Assembly: GCA_963808235.1 (NCBI GenBank)
Contig: CAWEEQ010000004.1
Coordinates: 1,120,001-1,184,000, forward strand
Length of the DNA: 64,000 nt
Source: an uncultured delta proteobacterium
GTDB taxonomy: Bacteria; Desulfobacterota; Binatia; Binatales; Binataceae
Direction of reading: 5' to 3'
Numbering within the stretch: the stretch's first letter is position 1; every line of letters begins with the position of its first letter. Position numbers and translations under genes: made by a program. Below the pieces are notes generated by a model. The model worked only from the letters and a program-made list of their open reading frames with translations. It searched no databases and was not told where the DNA came from. Below, piece after piece: positions 51,166 through 60,889 of this stretch.

Positions 51166-52124
51166 GGCTCGACGAGATTCTGATTCCCGGCGCGGTCGCC
51201 GGATTCTTTCTGATCGTCTGCGCGCTGCTGTATCTGCGCACCGGCCGGCGGCCCGCCGTCAATCGCGGCGTGATCAGGAGAATGTCGCGGCCCGATGAAA
51301 CCGCCGCCAATGACATCACCAAGACCGATCGCTATCGGCGCACCGGTCAGGAGCTGCTCGGATGGCTCTACAAGCGCAATCTCCTCCGACGACTCGAAGA
51401 GAACCTCTGGCAGGCCGGAATCTACGTCCGAGTCGCCGACGTTCTGCTCGTGATCCTGATGATGTTCGCGGCCGGCCTTTCCGCGGGTCAGGCGATTTGG
51501 GGCGACGCGATGATCTCGATTGCGATGGGCGCCGGGATGGGGAGTTTGCCGATATTCTATATCCGGATCCGCAAGCAGCGCCGGCTGAAAGCTTTCGCCA
51601 AACAACTGCCCTACGCTCTCGACCTGATCAAATCATCGCTAGAGGCCGGCCACTCCTTGCTGCGCGGATTGCAGGTCGTGGTCGCTGAATATCCCGACCC
51701 GCTCGGCACCGAGTTCCGCTCCGCCATCGAGCAAAGCCGGCTCGGCCTGCCACTTCCGCGCGCGCTCGAAGAGATGCTCAAGCGGGTGCCGCAGGACGAT
51801 CTGCGCCTGCTCGTGGTTGCGGTCCGGGTCCAGTCCGAGGTCGGCAGCTCGCTTGCCGTTATCATCGGGCGGCTTTCGGAAATCGTGCGCACCCGCCAGC
51901 GCCTGCAACAGCAAATCAAGGCGCTGACCGCGCAATCGAAGATGAGCGGAATCGTGGTCGGATTCCTGCCGATCGTGATGCTTGCCGCGTTCAGCATCAT
52001 CCAGCCGAGCTATACACACGTGCTCTTCTACGAACCGAGCGGTATCAAGATCCTCAAGGTCGCAGGCGTCCTGGACATCATGGCCTTTCTGTCCATCCGC
52101 AAGTTGCTCAAGGTGAAGTACTAG
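51162..52124 (+). CDS. tadB: TadB platform protein
   Basis: [28 protein letters not shown]; ATGA overlap with cpaF. Confidence 0.9.
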   Translation: MRLDEILIPGAVAGFFLIVCALLYLRTGRRPAVNRGVIRRMSRPDETAANDITKTDRYRRTGQELLGWLYKRNLLRRLEENLWQAGIYVRVADVLLVILMMFAAGLSAGQAIWGDAMISIAMGAGMGSLPIFYIRIRKQRRLKAFAKQLPYALDLIKSSLEAGHSLLRGLQVVVAEYPDPLGTEFRSAIEQSRLGLPLPRALEEMLKRVPQDDLRLLVVAVRVQSEVGSSLAVIIGRLSEIVRTRQRLQQQIKALTAQSKMSGIVVGFLPIVMLAAFSIIQPSYTHVLFYEPSGIKILKVAGVLDIMAFLSIRKLLKVKY

Positions 52125-52126
52125 CT

Positions 52127-53062
52127 ATGTCCGCGATCTACGCAAGCTTGACGATATTCCTTCTATGCGGCGCGATATCGCTCTCGATCTACGTCGCAAT
52201 CTACGGCGGTCATCGGCCGTTCGACGAACGCATCTCGGATATGGGCGTCAAGATGCGCGTCGCCTATGGAAATCCTCTCGACCTCGATATGGAATCCGAC
52301 ACCTTCGCGCGTTCGCTGTTCCGATGGGTCGCCAAGCGTATTCCGGAACCCGCATCAAACACTCCCCAGGCCGAGAAGATGGCGCAGATATTGGTTCGCG
52401 CCGGATTTCGCGACCCCGGCGCCGCGCGCATCTTTCATTTCGTCCGCCTGGCGTGCACGGTCGGACTCGCGATCGTTGCGGTGACGGCCTCGATCATCAT
52501 GGGCTTTCATGGAATCAAGCCGCTCGTCTTCATGATTGTTGGCGCCGCGGTTGGCGCGTTCGCCCCCAGCTACTACCTGACCCGCAGGGCCGGGAAGCGT
52601 CAGCAGGAAATCGCAAGCCAGCTTTCCGACGTCCTTGATTTGCTCGTCGTATGTGTCGAGGCAGGCCTTGGCTTGAGCGAAGCCATCAAGATTGTTGGGA
52701 GCGAAACCGAACGCCAGAACCAGAAGATCGGTTTCGAGCTGTCGCTGGTGTCGTCGGAGTTGGCCTCCGGAAACTCGCTCGGCCAGGCGCTCAGAAGTTT
52801 CGCGGACCGCACCGCCGTCGAGGACATCAGGCCGCTCGCCGCAACCCTGGTGCAGAGCGAGAAACTCGGCGCGCAAATCGGTCCCGCGCTACGCTCGATC
52901 TCCGACACGCTGCGCACCACTCGCCGGCTGCGCGCCGAAGAGGCCGCCGCAAAAACCACCGTCAAGATTCTCTTTCCGCTGGTCCTCTTCATCCTTCCCG
53001 CAATGATGAGCGTAATAATCGGCCCCGCGATGATTCAAATCATGCAAACCCTGGGCAAGTAA
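52127..53062 (+). CDS. tadC: TadC platform protein
   Basis: DVLDLLVVCVEAGLGL, AEEAAAK..VKILFPLVLFILPA. Confidence 0.92.
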   Translation: MSAIYASLTIFLLCGAISLSIYVAIYGGHRPFDERISDMGVKMRVAYGNPLDLDMESDTFARSLFRWVAKRIPEPASNTPQAEKMAQILVRAGFRDPGAARIFHFVRLACTVGLAIVAVTASIIMGFHGIKPLVFMIVGAAVGAFAPSYYLTRRAGKRQQEIASQLSDVLDLLVVCVEAGLGLSEAIKIVGSETERQNQKIGFELSLVSSELASGNSLGQALRSFADRTAVEDIRPLAATLVQSEKLGAQIGPALRSISDTLRTTRRLRAEEAAAKTTVKILFPLVLFILPAMMSVIIGPAMIQIMQTLGK

Positions 53063-53119
53063 CCCCGTTCGCCCGGATGCCCTTGACGCGGCCCCATCGC
53101 GCGCCGTATCCGATCGATC

Positions 53120-53602
53120 ATGGACGATCCCGCACGTTCGCGCGCGCTTGAACTGTGGAACGAGGCGATGCGCTTTCATATGAGCAACGATCTCGATCGC
53201 GCGGTCGCGCTGTATACCAAATCGATCGAAGTTTTCCCGACCGCGGAGGCATATACGTTTCGCGGTTGGGCGTTCAAGAGTATGGGACGCATCGACGACG
53301 CGATCGCCGAATGCCGTCGCGCGATCGAAGTCGATCCAACCTTTGGAAATCCGTACAACGATATCGGCGCATATCTGATCGACAAGGATCAACTGGACGA
53401 AGCGATCGAATGGCTCGAGAAAGCCAAGCAGGCGCCGCGTTATGATCCGCGCCATTATCCATTCATGAATCTCGGCCGTATCTACGCGGCAAAAGGAATG
53501 ATGAACCGCGCGATCGAGGAATTCGAAGGCGCGCTCGAGCGCGCGCCGGGTGATCCCGGATGCTTATCCGCGCTGGCCCAGCTGCGCGCGTGGTTGAACT
53601 GA
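53120..53602 (+). CDS. TPR protein
   Basis: About four TPR units (AIAECRRAIEVDPTFGNPYNDIG); no signal peptide. Confidence 0.85.
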   Translation: MDDPARSRALELWNEAMRFHMSNDLDRAVALYTKSIEVFPTAEAYTFRGWAFKSMGRIDDAIAECRRAIEVDPTFGNPYNDIGAYLIDKDQLDEAIEWLEKAKQAPRYDPRHYPFMNLGRIYAAKGMMNRAIEEFEGALERAPGDPGCLSALAQLRAWLN

Positions 53603-53648
53603 GTCTCATCGGATCGCGATTCGTCGGGAACCTACGCGGGAACATATT

Positions 53649-54095
53649 ATGGTCAAGGCGGGAGAACCGGCGCCCGATTTCACTCTCTCGGCGCACAATA
53701 GCGAGCAGGTTTCTCTGAAAACTCTTCGCGGCGCCAAAGTGCTCTTGTGGTTCTTCGTCGAGGCCGGGACGCCGGGATGCACGCTCGAGGGACGCGGATT
53801 TCGCGACCATCAGTCGTACTTCGACGAAAGCAATATCAAGCTCGTCGGCGTGAGCTTCGACACGCCCGAGGCCAACGCCGCCTTCGCAGATAAGCACCAA
53901 TTCAAGTTCCCGCTGCTGAGCGATACCGATCATGCCGTCGCGATGGCCTACGGCGCGTGCGCGGGAACCGCGGCAAGATATCCCGACCGCGTGAGTTTTC
54001 TGATCGATGAGCGCGGCATGATCGAAAAAGTGTACGATCAGGTCGATCCGCGCGACCATCCCGCGCGCGTCCTCGCGGAAGTTCTTGACGTCTGA
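53649..54095 (+). CDS. Peroxiredoxin (BCP/PrxQ-like)
   Basis: GEPAPDFTL, TPGCT, GVSFD, FPLLSD, RVSFLID. Confidence 0.88.
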   Translation: MVKAGEPAPDFTLSAHNSEQVSLKTLRGAKVLLWFFVEAGTPGCTLEGRGFRDHQSYFDESNIKLVGVSFDTPEANAAFADKHQFKFPLLSDTDHAVAMAYGACAGTAARYPDRVSFLIDERGMIEKVYDQVDPRDHPARVLAEVLDV

Positions 54096-54207
54096 TTCAA
54101 TCGCGCGACCGCCAGTCTTGTGGTAGCGGTCGCAGCCCGCAGATCCCACCCATTGGAGTCCGGGGCGGCACAATAGTGTCGTATCCTGATTACTCGACGG
54201 CATCGCA

Positions 54208-55551
54208 ATGCCGCATCAGCGGCCGCATCACGTCCGATGCTCAGTTGTGCCTAATACAGACAGCCGTTCAGTCAGTGTCCCGAATTGGCGACGGTGGCCC
54301 GTCACTTGCTCTCATTGTGGATTGTCGGTCGCTATTCGCGGGCCGAAAGCGAGAGCACTGTTGCAGCATCCCGACCCAAATTCGACCATCGCCGATCGCT
54401 TCGTGTCGACAACCGCTACAGTCGAGGACGGCGCAAATGGGAACGGGACTGACGCTGAGAGCGAGATGATCGGCTTGGACCGTCTTGCGCTCGGTTCGGA
54501 ACGGCTCGGAGGTATGGTCGTGCGGTCGGCGCAGGTGCGCAAGGTGCTCAAAGCGGTGTCGCGCCTCAGTCCCTACAAGGCGACCGTGCTGATTTCAGGC
54601 GAGTCGGGCACCGGCAAGGAACTGGTCGCGCGCGCGCTGCACACGCTCGGTCCGATGCCGGGTGGCCCATTCGTGACGTTCAATTGTTCCAACCTGGTCG
54701 AGTCGCTGGCGGAGTCGCAGTTGTTCGGCCACGTCCGCGGCGCGTTCACCGACGCTCGCGAGGAGTCGCAGGGTTATTTCAGATCGGCGAACGGGGGCAC
54801 GCTGTTCCTCGACGAGATCGCGGAACTGCCGCTCAAACTGCAACCCAAGCTGCTGCGCGCGGTCGAGACTCATGAGGTGCAGCCGGTCGGATCGTCGCAC
54901 AGCTACAAGGTAGACATACGGCTGGTGGCGGCGACCAATCGCGATTTGCGCGCGATGGTAAAGTCGGGGCAATTTCGCGATGACCTTTACTACCGGATGA
55001 ACACCGCGGCGATTTTCATCCCGCCGCTGCGCGAGCGCCGCGAGGCTATACCGGCGTTCATCGGTTATTTCATCCAGCATTACAACCGCCTGTTCGGCAA
55101 AGAGGTCCTGGAAATTTCACGGCGCGCGGTCGAAATCCTGTGCGCCTACCAGTGGCCCGGCAATGTCCGCGAGCTTGCGCATGCGATCGAGAGCGCGGTC
55201 ATCCTGAGCGAGAATGCCAAGCTCGGCGTTGCCGATCTTCCCGAGCAGATTGTCGACGGAACCGGCGCGGAACTGCTTTACCCGCAGGAAGAGTCATCGC
55301 CCCGCAACAGCCATGCGAGCGACCGAGCCGCACATCATCCAGCGGCGATAACGCTGGGCGACGAGCCACCCGAATTGCTGCTCGACGACGTGATCAAAAA
55401 GACCCTGGTCCGCTCGCTCGAAGAGACCGAGGGCAATCGCCGCCGCGCCGCCGATTTGCTCGGCGTGTCGCGCTCGACACTTTACCGGATGCTGACCCGC
55501 TACGGTCTGGCCGAGAATCCGCGCCGCATCGCCGGCGAGCACCGCATCTGA
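54208..55551 (+). CDS. Sigma54-dependent activator, paralogue of 14588-15781; start uncertain (may be as late as about 54466)
   Basis: GESGTGKE, GAFTDA, LFLDEIAE, WPGNVREL, AADLLGVSRSTLYR. Confidence 0.9.
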   Translation: MPHQRPHHVRCSVVPNTDSRSVSVPNWRRWPVTCSHCGLSVAIRGPKARALLQHPDPNSTIADRFVSTTATVEDGANGNGTDAESEMIGLDRLALGSERLGGMVVRSAQVRKVLKAVSRLSPYKATVLISGESGTGKELVARALHTLGPMPGGPFVTFNCSNLVESLAESQLFGHVRGAFTDAREESQGYFRSANGGTLFLDEIAELPLKLQPKLLRAVETHEVQPVGSSHSYKVDIRLVAATNRDLRAMVKSGQFRDDLYYRMNTAAIFIPPLRERREAIPAFIGYFIQHYNRLFGKEVLEISRRAVEILCAYQWPGNVRELAHAIESAVILSENAKLGVADLPEQIVDGTGAELLYPQEESSPRNSHASDRAAHHPAAITLGDEPPELLLDDVIKKTLVRSLEETEGNRRRAADLLGVSRSTLYRMLTRYGLAENPRRIAGEHRI

Positions 55552-55615
55552 TCCTCGCCGCTCTTCGCCCTCACCGGTGGAAAATCGCGCGCAGTTCGAT
55601 AAGAATTCCATCTTG

Positions 55616-55915
55616 ATGCGCCCGGGCCTGAAATTGCTGATCGCGATCGTCGCGCTTGGTACGACGACTGCTCAGTCCGATCGGGTATTTGCAGGTTCGC
55701 CGCCGCCGGATCTGGTCAAGCTCGAGCGGCAGGTCTCGCTCGAACTCGCGCACGTGCGCGACAATGGCCCAACCGACGACACCAGGCGCCGCCAGCTCTT
55801 CGAAGCGAAGCAACTCGAGCAAAAGGGCGAGGACGCGATCAAATCAGGCGACTACAAATCCGCCGAAGACAGCCTACTGCACGCGCGCGTGCTCCTGCGC
55901 CAACTCACCGACTGA
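55616..55915 (+). CDS. Small secreted helical protein
   Basis: Signal-like N-terminus and amphipathic helices. Confidence 0.55.
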   Translation: MRPGLKLLIAIVALGTTTAQSDRVFAGSPPPDLVKLERQVSLELAHVRDNGPTDDTRRRQLFEAKQLEQKGEDAIKSGDYKSAEDSLLHARVLLRQLTD

Positions 55916-55987
55916 CGCGGCGTCTCCGAACCGGAGACGCATTCATCGGGGCATCGGGTTCTGGTAAGTTCTAACTACGGCTCTGCG

Positions 55988-57142
55988 ATGAATGGCCCCG
56001 ATCAAATCTGGTCCGAAGCTTTGCGCACGCTAGAGCGCGGACGTTCGTTTGCACTGGCAACGGTTGTAAATGTTCGCGGTTCTACGCCACGCGAGGTCGG
56101 CGCGAAGATGATCGTTCGCGAAGACGGTCAGTTCGGCACAATCGGCGGGGGATGCGGCGAGGCGGAAGTTTTCCGTAAAGCTCGAGTACTACTTGAAGAA
56201 GGCGGCGCGTCGCGCCTGGCCGAGGTCGATCTGACCGGCGACTTCGATCAGCGCGAGATCGGCACCTGCGGCGGAATCATGGATGTCTTCGTCGATCTAT
56301 GGTCTCCCGCGCGAGATCTTGCGGTTGCGCGCCAGTTGGCTGACGCCGCGGTGCGCAGTGCGCCGGCGGCGCTTCTGACGCTTGTCGATCCGGGTTCGCG
56401 AGCCGAGATGCCGGCGGGAACGCGCGCGTTTATTGATCCCAAAGAGGCAGGCGCGGCAGGCGCCGCAACATTTGATCTGCCCGCGGCAACGCTCGCGCAG
56501 ATTGTCGCGCGCACCGCCGATGCGATTCCGGCGTTGCTCGAGGTCGATGGCAACGGGGCGCTGAAACCGATCACCCGTGTGGAAGCGAGCGGCAGCGCGC
56601 GTCTGTTCGTCGATCCAATCATCGGTGCGCAGCGGCTGATAATCGTCGGCGCCGGGCATATCGCCGTGCCGTTAAGTGCGCTCGGCGCGATGCTTGGGTT
56701 TCGCGTGACGGTGATCGACGATCGTGCGTCGTTCGCGAATCGGGAGCGGTTTCCCACCGCCGACGAGATAATTGTGAAACCGTTCAAAGCCGCGATTGAA
56801 TCGCTCGGCCTGGACGGTCACTGCTACCTGGTTTCAGTCACGCGCGGCCACGCGTTCGACGAAGAAGTGGTGCGCGCGGCGCTGATGCAACCATGCGGAT
56901 TTGTCGGAATGATCGGCTCGCGCCGTCGGGTCAAGGCGACGCTCGAGAGAATCGGAGCGACTGGAGTGCCGGCCGAGCGACTGAACGATGTCCATGCGCC
57001 GCTCGGCGTCGCGATCGGCGGAGAGACGCCCGAGGAGATCGCGATCTCGATAATCGCCGAGATTATCCGTGAGCGCCGCACTTCGGCCCGCGACGAGTTC
57101 ACGCTCGGTGTCCGGTTCGGTCGCCTCAAAAGCTCGAAATAG
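55988..57142 (+). CDS. xdhC: XdhC/CoxI-family molybdenum-cofactor chaperone
   Basis: GSTPREVGAKM, GTIGGGCGE, CGG, GAGHIA, GMIGSRRR, ETPEEIAISI. Confidence 0.92.
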   Translation: MNGPDQIWSEALRTLERGRSFALATVVNVRGSTPREVGAKMIVREDGQFGTIGGGCGEAEVFRKARVLLEEGGASRLAEVDLTGDFDQREIGTCGGIMDVFVDLWSPARDLAVARQLADAAVRSAPAALLTLVDPGSRAEMPAGTRAFIDPKEAGAAGAATFDLPAATLAQIVARTADAIPALLEVDGNGALKPITRVEASGSARLFVDPIIGAQRLIIVGAGHIAVPLSALGAMLGFRVTVIDDRASFANRERFPTADEIIVKPFKAAIESLGLDGHCYLVSVTRGHAFDEEVVRAALMQPCGFVGMIGSRRRVKATLERIGATGVPAERLNDVHAPLGVAIGGETPEEIAISIIAEIIRERRTSARDEFTLGVRFGRLKSSK

Positions 57143-57145
57143 GCA

Positions 57146-57751
57146 ATGGCTAGCCGGGTAGAGGGGATAATTCTGGCGGCGGGCGAATCGCGGCGGATGG
57201 GATATCCGAAGCCGCTTCTTTCGATCGACGGGCAAACTTTTATCGAAAAGATCGTGGCGACGATGCTCGCCGTCGTGCCGAGGCTGGTGATCGTGCTGGG
57301 TGCGTATGCCAATCGAATCCGGCCCGTGATTCCACACGACCGTCGGATCGAGATCGTCGAGAATCCGAACTATTCGCGCGGGCAGCTTTCGTCGTTGAAG
57401 ATTGGACTTGGCGCTGTTCAAAAGGACTCCGCCGGTGTGATCGTGCATCTCGGCGACCATCCGATGGTGCGGGTCGAATCGTTTCGTGCGATTGTCGAGT
57501 CGTATGGTCGCACTGCCGGGCCAATTGTGATCGCGCGTAACGCAGGCCGGCGCGGCCATCCGGTACTTTTCGATCGGTCTGTGTTCGCCGAGCTTCAGAG
57601 CGCCCCAGAGAGCCAGGGTGCGCGATCAGTCGTGAACGCCGACAATTCGCGCGTGCAGTATATTGACCTGGACGACCCGGGAATCAATCTGGATCTGGAC
57701 ACGCCCGCCGATCTGGCGCGCGCGGGCCTGCCACCGCCTCCGAGAACTTAA
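57146..57751 (+). CDS. mocA: MocA-like molybdenum cofactor nucleotidyltransferase
   Basis: ILAAGESRRMG.PK.LL, LGDHP, GHPVLF, DLDTPAD; directly follows xdhC. Confidence 0.8.
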   Translation: MASRVEGIILAAGESRRMGYPKPLLSIDGQTFIEKIVATMLAVVPRLVIVLGAYANRIRPVIPHDRRIEIVENPNYSRGQLSSLKIGLGAVQKDSAGVIVHLGDHPMVRVESFRAIVESYGRTAGPIVIARNAGRRGHPVLFDRSVFAELQSAPESQGARSVVNADNSRVQYIDLDDPGINLDLDTPADLARAGLPPPPRT

Positions 57752-57805
57752 AGGGTTTGATTAAGAAATGAGGCTCCGAAAAGGCGGAAATCGGGTCGAA
57801 AATTG

Positions 57806-57833
57806 TGTAACCGTTAGGACGACAATGCGTATT
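57806..57833 (+). promoter_or_regulatory. Putative autoregulatory ECF promoter TGTAAC-N16-CGTATT
   Basis: AAC-N16-CGT arrangement in the AT-rich gap before the ECF gene. Confidence 0.6.
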
Positions 57834-57883
57834 AATAAACAGTTATGTTGGGCCTGTCGGCGAAAAGAAGGGCAGGGTGGCGA

Positions 57884-58480
57884 TTGACCGACAAACCCGA
57901 CGAGGAACTGATAGCAGAAGTCCTTGCCGGGCAGACTGATTCCTTCAGCGAGCTTGCAGGACGACATCGCCAGCGCGTCGAGCGGCTTTGCCGGCGTTTT
58001 TTCTCCGACGAGGAGATGGCGCGTGATATCGCGCAGGAGAGTTTCATCCGCGCCTTCACCGCGCTCGCGACTTATCGCGCGGAGATGCCTTTTGGCGGAT
58101 GGCTGCGCGCGATCGTGGTGAATCTCTGTTACGACGAGCTGCGCCGGCGGCGGCGACGGCCCGAGGAGTTGGTCGGTGATTTCAGCGCACCGGAAGTACA
58201 ATGGATGCAGTTGGTAAACGGTGCGACACCCGAGCAACTTGTTGGCGAAGCGGAAGAGCGGCGCGAATCGTACGACCTGGCGCATCGCCTGCTCGACACG
58301 CTCAAGCCTGAGGATCGAATGGTAATGGTCTTAAAAGAAAGCGAAGAACTGAGCGTCAGCGAAATCGCGGAGACGCTCGGATGGAGTGAAGCAAAAGTAA
58401 AAATCCGCGCGTTTCGCGCGCGGCAGGCGCTTCGCAAACAGGCGGAGCGGATGCTGGCGGCGTCGGGACGCACGAGGTAA
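57884..58480 (+). CDS. ECF sigma factor
   Basis: DIAQESFIRAF, FGGWLRAIVVNLCYD, EIAETLGWSEAKVKIRAFRAR; TTG start assumed. Confidence 0.92.
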   Translation: MTDKPDEELIAEVLAGQTDSFSELAGRHRQRVERLCRRFFSDEEMARDIAQESFIRAFTALATYRAEMPFGGWLRAIVVNLCYDELRRRRRRPEELVGDFSAPEVQWMQLVNGATPEQLVGEAEERRESYDLAHRLLDTLKPEDRMVMVLKESEELSVSEIAETLGWSEAKVKIRAFRARQALRKQAERMLAASGRTR

Positions 58481-58485
58481 AAATC

Positions 58486-58944
58486 ATGAACTGTTTTGAA
58501 TCACGGCAAGAGTTTCCGGCCCTGTGGCGCAAGCGTGCGACGGTTGAGCGTCGGGCGGAGATATTGGCTCATCTGAACGGCTGCGCGAAGTGCGATCACG
58601 CGTTTCGGGTCTTCGCGTTGACGGCGCCGGTGCTGCATTCGGAATCCGAGCCGCACCAGGCGGCGCGCGCGTCGGCAGCGCCGCGGCGCGAGTTCTCACT
58701 GGGCGATCGTCCGCGGCGATTCGCGTCGATCTCGCGTGAAGCGCCGACTCCGCAGCGTTGGATCGCGATGTCAGCGGCAGCGGCCATATTCGTTTTCGCG
58801 AGCAGCGTGGCTTTTTACTCGGTAGACGTACCCCGCCAAACGCTTGGTGACGAACTGACGCCCGAGGCGAGTGCCAATTACGAGGCCGCCTCCGATCCGC
58901 TGGCGCCGGAAATGCCCACGACAGAGAGCGACTTTGCCAGCTAG
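58486..58944 (+). CDS. Zinc-binding (ZAS) anti-sigma factor with one TM segment
   Basis: MNC...HLNGCAKC (HxxxCxxC); TM WIAMSAAAAIFVF. Confidence 0.85.
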   Translation: MNCFESRQEFPALWRKRATVERRAEILAHLNGCAKCDHAFRVFALTAPVLHSESEPHQAARASAAPRREFSLGDRPRRFASISREAPTPQRWIAMSAAAAIFVFASSVAFYSVDVPRQTLGDELTPEASANYEAASDPLAPEMPTTESDFAS

Positions 58945-59371
58945 ATCGAATCTCTGGCTCGGACTCCTGGTCGGCGTTTCGGGCTTGCTAATCGGTTTCG
59001 CCGTTAGCACGCTGGCGTACCGCTATCGGATTCTGCGGGTACCCGGACCATCGATCATGGAGCGGATGAGCCGCGATCTGCAATTGACCCCGGCGCAGCG
59101 CGATCGAGTCAGCGATATATTCCGCGATTCGCGATTCAAAGTGCGGGAGGCGCACCTCGAATTCCAGCATCATCGCCATGAGTTGTTCTGGCAGGCGCTC
59201 TCGCAGGTTCGCCAGGCGCTTACGCCAGAGCAGCAGAAGTTATTTGATCGCGATTTCGCGCGGCCATGGGCCGAGCACGGCGCCGGCGACCATGAGCACG
59301 GTAGCGGTGACCATGAGCACGGGATGGCTGACGATTTCGCGGAGCCGATGCAGAGTCCGTCGCCGAAGTAA
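58934..59371 (+). CDS. Spy/CpxP-like membrane-anchored periplasmic protein with a His-rich tail
   Basis: N-terminal TM; LQLTPAQ and LTPEQQ (LTxxQ); EHGAGDH-EHGSGDH-EHG. Confidence 0.75.
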   Translation: MPARSNLWLGLLVGVSGLLIGFAVSTLAYRYRILRVPGPSIMERMSRDLQLTPAQRDRVSDIFRDSRFKVREAHLEFQHHRHELFWQALSQVRQALTPEQQKLFDRDFARPWAEHGAGDHEHGSGDHEHGMADDFAEPMQSPSPK

Positions 59372-59383
59372 CGATACGCGCCG

Positions 59384-59950
59384 CTAGAGCGCGCCCATCT
59401 GCTTCAGAGTTTTTTCCGCTTCCGCCGAGATAGAAGGATTTTTCACGCTGTCGGCTAGCGCAATTCGTAGAAACTTGAGGGCGTCGTCGTGCTGGCCGCT
59501 CTGGGCGAGAAGTTCTCCAATTCGCAGAGCGGCAAAAGAATTCGTGGGATCGATCTCGTACGCCTTGCGGTAGTAGACCAGTGCATCGTCGATCCTGGGC
59601 GGCGAATACGACATGTACGCCTCGCCGATATTCAGATAGGCGCTGATCTGCTTGGGCTGATACTTGATCAGTTTCTGATAAACTTTTATCACGTCGTCAT
59701 GATCGGAACGCGAGTCGTAGTAGAGGCCAAGATAAACGTAAGCGTCGCCAAACGTGGGGTCGATTTCCGTCGCCTGCCAGAGCAGCTTTACCGCCGCGTT
59801 ACTGTCGGTCATTTTGATTGCGGCCTCGACGAGCGAGCGCGCCTTGGCGGTGTTGGAGTCCTGGGCCCGCGCGGAAGCCGGCAAGACCGCCAGCGCGAGC
59901 ATCAGGAAAGCAACTAGTGATAGCGGTTTCAGCCGGGTTCGATCTCGCAT
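59384..59950 (-). CDS. Secreted TPR protein
   Basis: Signal peptide ..ARA|Q; TPR repeats (AYVYLG, AYLNIG). Confidence 0.82.
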   Translation of the reverse strand: MRDRTRLKPLSLVAFLMLALAVLPASARAQDSNTAKARSLVEAAIKMTDSNAAVKLLWQATEIDPTFGDAYVYLGLYYDSRSDHDDVIKVYQKLIKYQPKQISAYLNIGEAYMSYSPPRIDDALVYYRKAYEIDPTNSFAALRIGELLAQSGQHDDALKFLRIALADSVKNPSISAEAEKTLKQMGAL

Positions 59951-60073
59951 GGCGTCGGGTCGCGCACAACAGCTAATAGAATGGTGGCATGAAAGGACCG
60001 CGCTGCAAAGGTACTAGCCGCGCGCGCAGGAGGGCATGACTTCCGCGCCTGACGAAGGCGAGCCGAGCGAGTT

Positions 60074-60889
60074 ATGAAGGAGCATCGTTTCAAGGCCAAC
60101 GGACTCGAGCTCAACTGCCTCGACTATGGCGGCGAAGGCAAGCGCGCGATGCTATTCATTCACGGCGGTTCCGCGCACGCGCATTGGTGGGACTTTGTCG
60201 CACCGGCGTTCTGCGGAGATTTCCATGTGCTTGCACTCGATCAACGCGGTCATGGCGAGAGCGAATGGGCTGCGGATTGGGAATATGGCTCGCGGCATTA
60301 CGTGTCGGACCTCGACCAGGTGATCGACGGATGGGGCTTTGGCGCGCCGATCCTGGTCGGCCACTCGATGGGTGCGCATAACGTGCTGGCATATGCGGCT
60401 CAGCACAGTGAGAAGCTGCGCGCCATGGTCGTGATCGACAGCCCGGCTGATTACTCGGAGTATGCGGTAGAGTTTTTGCGGAGCTATGCGGAGAAACCGC
60501 CGCGGCGCTTCGAATCGCTCGAGCAGGCGACCCGCAACTTCAAGGTGTTGCCGCGCGAGACGCTGGCGAAAAAAGAAATTCTAGATCACGTCGCGCATCA
60601 CACCTACAAACGCCTCGCCGATGGTGCGTGGACGCATAAGCTCGATCGACGCACCCTTATTCGCGAGCCCTCGCGCGTGTGGGATTCGCTGCATCGCATC
60701 GCGTGCCCGTCGCTGGTCGTGAAGATCGCGAAGAGTCCGGTGCTCGATCGTGAGGCGGCAAAAAAGATGGTCGCGGCGCTGCCCAACGGCCGCCTCGCAG
60801 TGCTGGACGACTCCTATCATCACGCGATGCTGGATAATCCGGCGGGATTGATCGCGGTCATTCGTGACTTCGTAAAAGATCTGAAATGA
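60074..60889 (+). CDS. Alpha/beta hydrolase
   Basis: HGG, DQRGHGES, GHSMG, C-terminal HH. Confidence 0.9.
   Translation: MKEHRFKANGLELNCLDYGGEGKRAMLFIHGGSAHAHWWDFVAPAFCGDFHVLALDQRGHGESEWAADWEYGSRHYVSDLDQVIDGWGFGAPILVGHSMGAHNVLAYAAQHSEKLRAMVVIDSPADYSEYAVEFLRSYAEKPPRRFESLEQATRNFKVLPRETLAKKEILDHVAHHTYKRLADGAWTHKLDRRTLIREPSRVWDSLHRIACPSLVVKIAKSPVLDREAAKKMVAALPNGRLAVLDDSYHHAMLDNPAGLIAVIRDFVKDLK

Noticed and set aside
53120-53602. TPR protein as a TadD pilotin
   Set aside because: It has no signal peptide or lipobox; adjacency alone is insufficient.
54208-54360. CSHC as an N-terminal zinc sensor of the activator
   Set aside because: It is a single CxxC in a region that may be untranslated, and it is absent from the paralogue.
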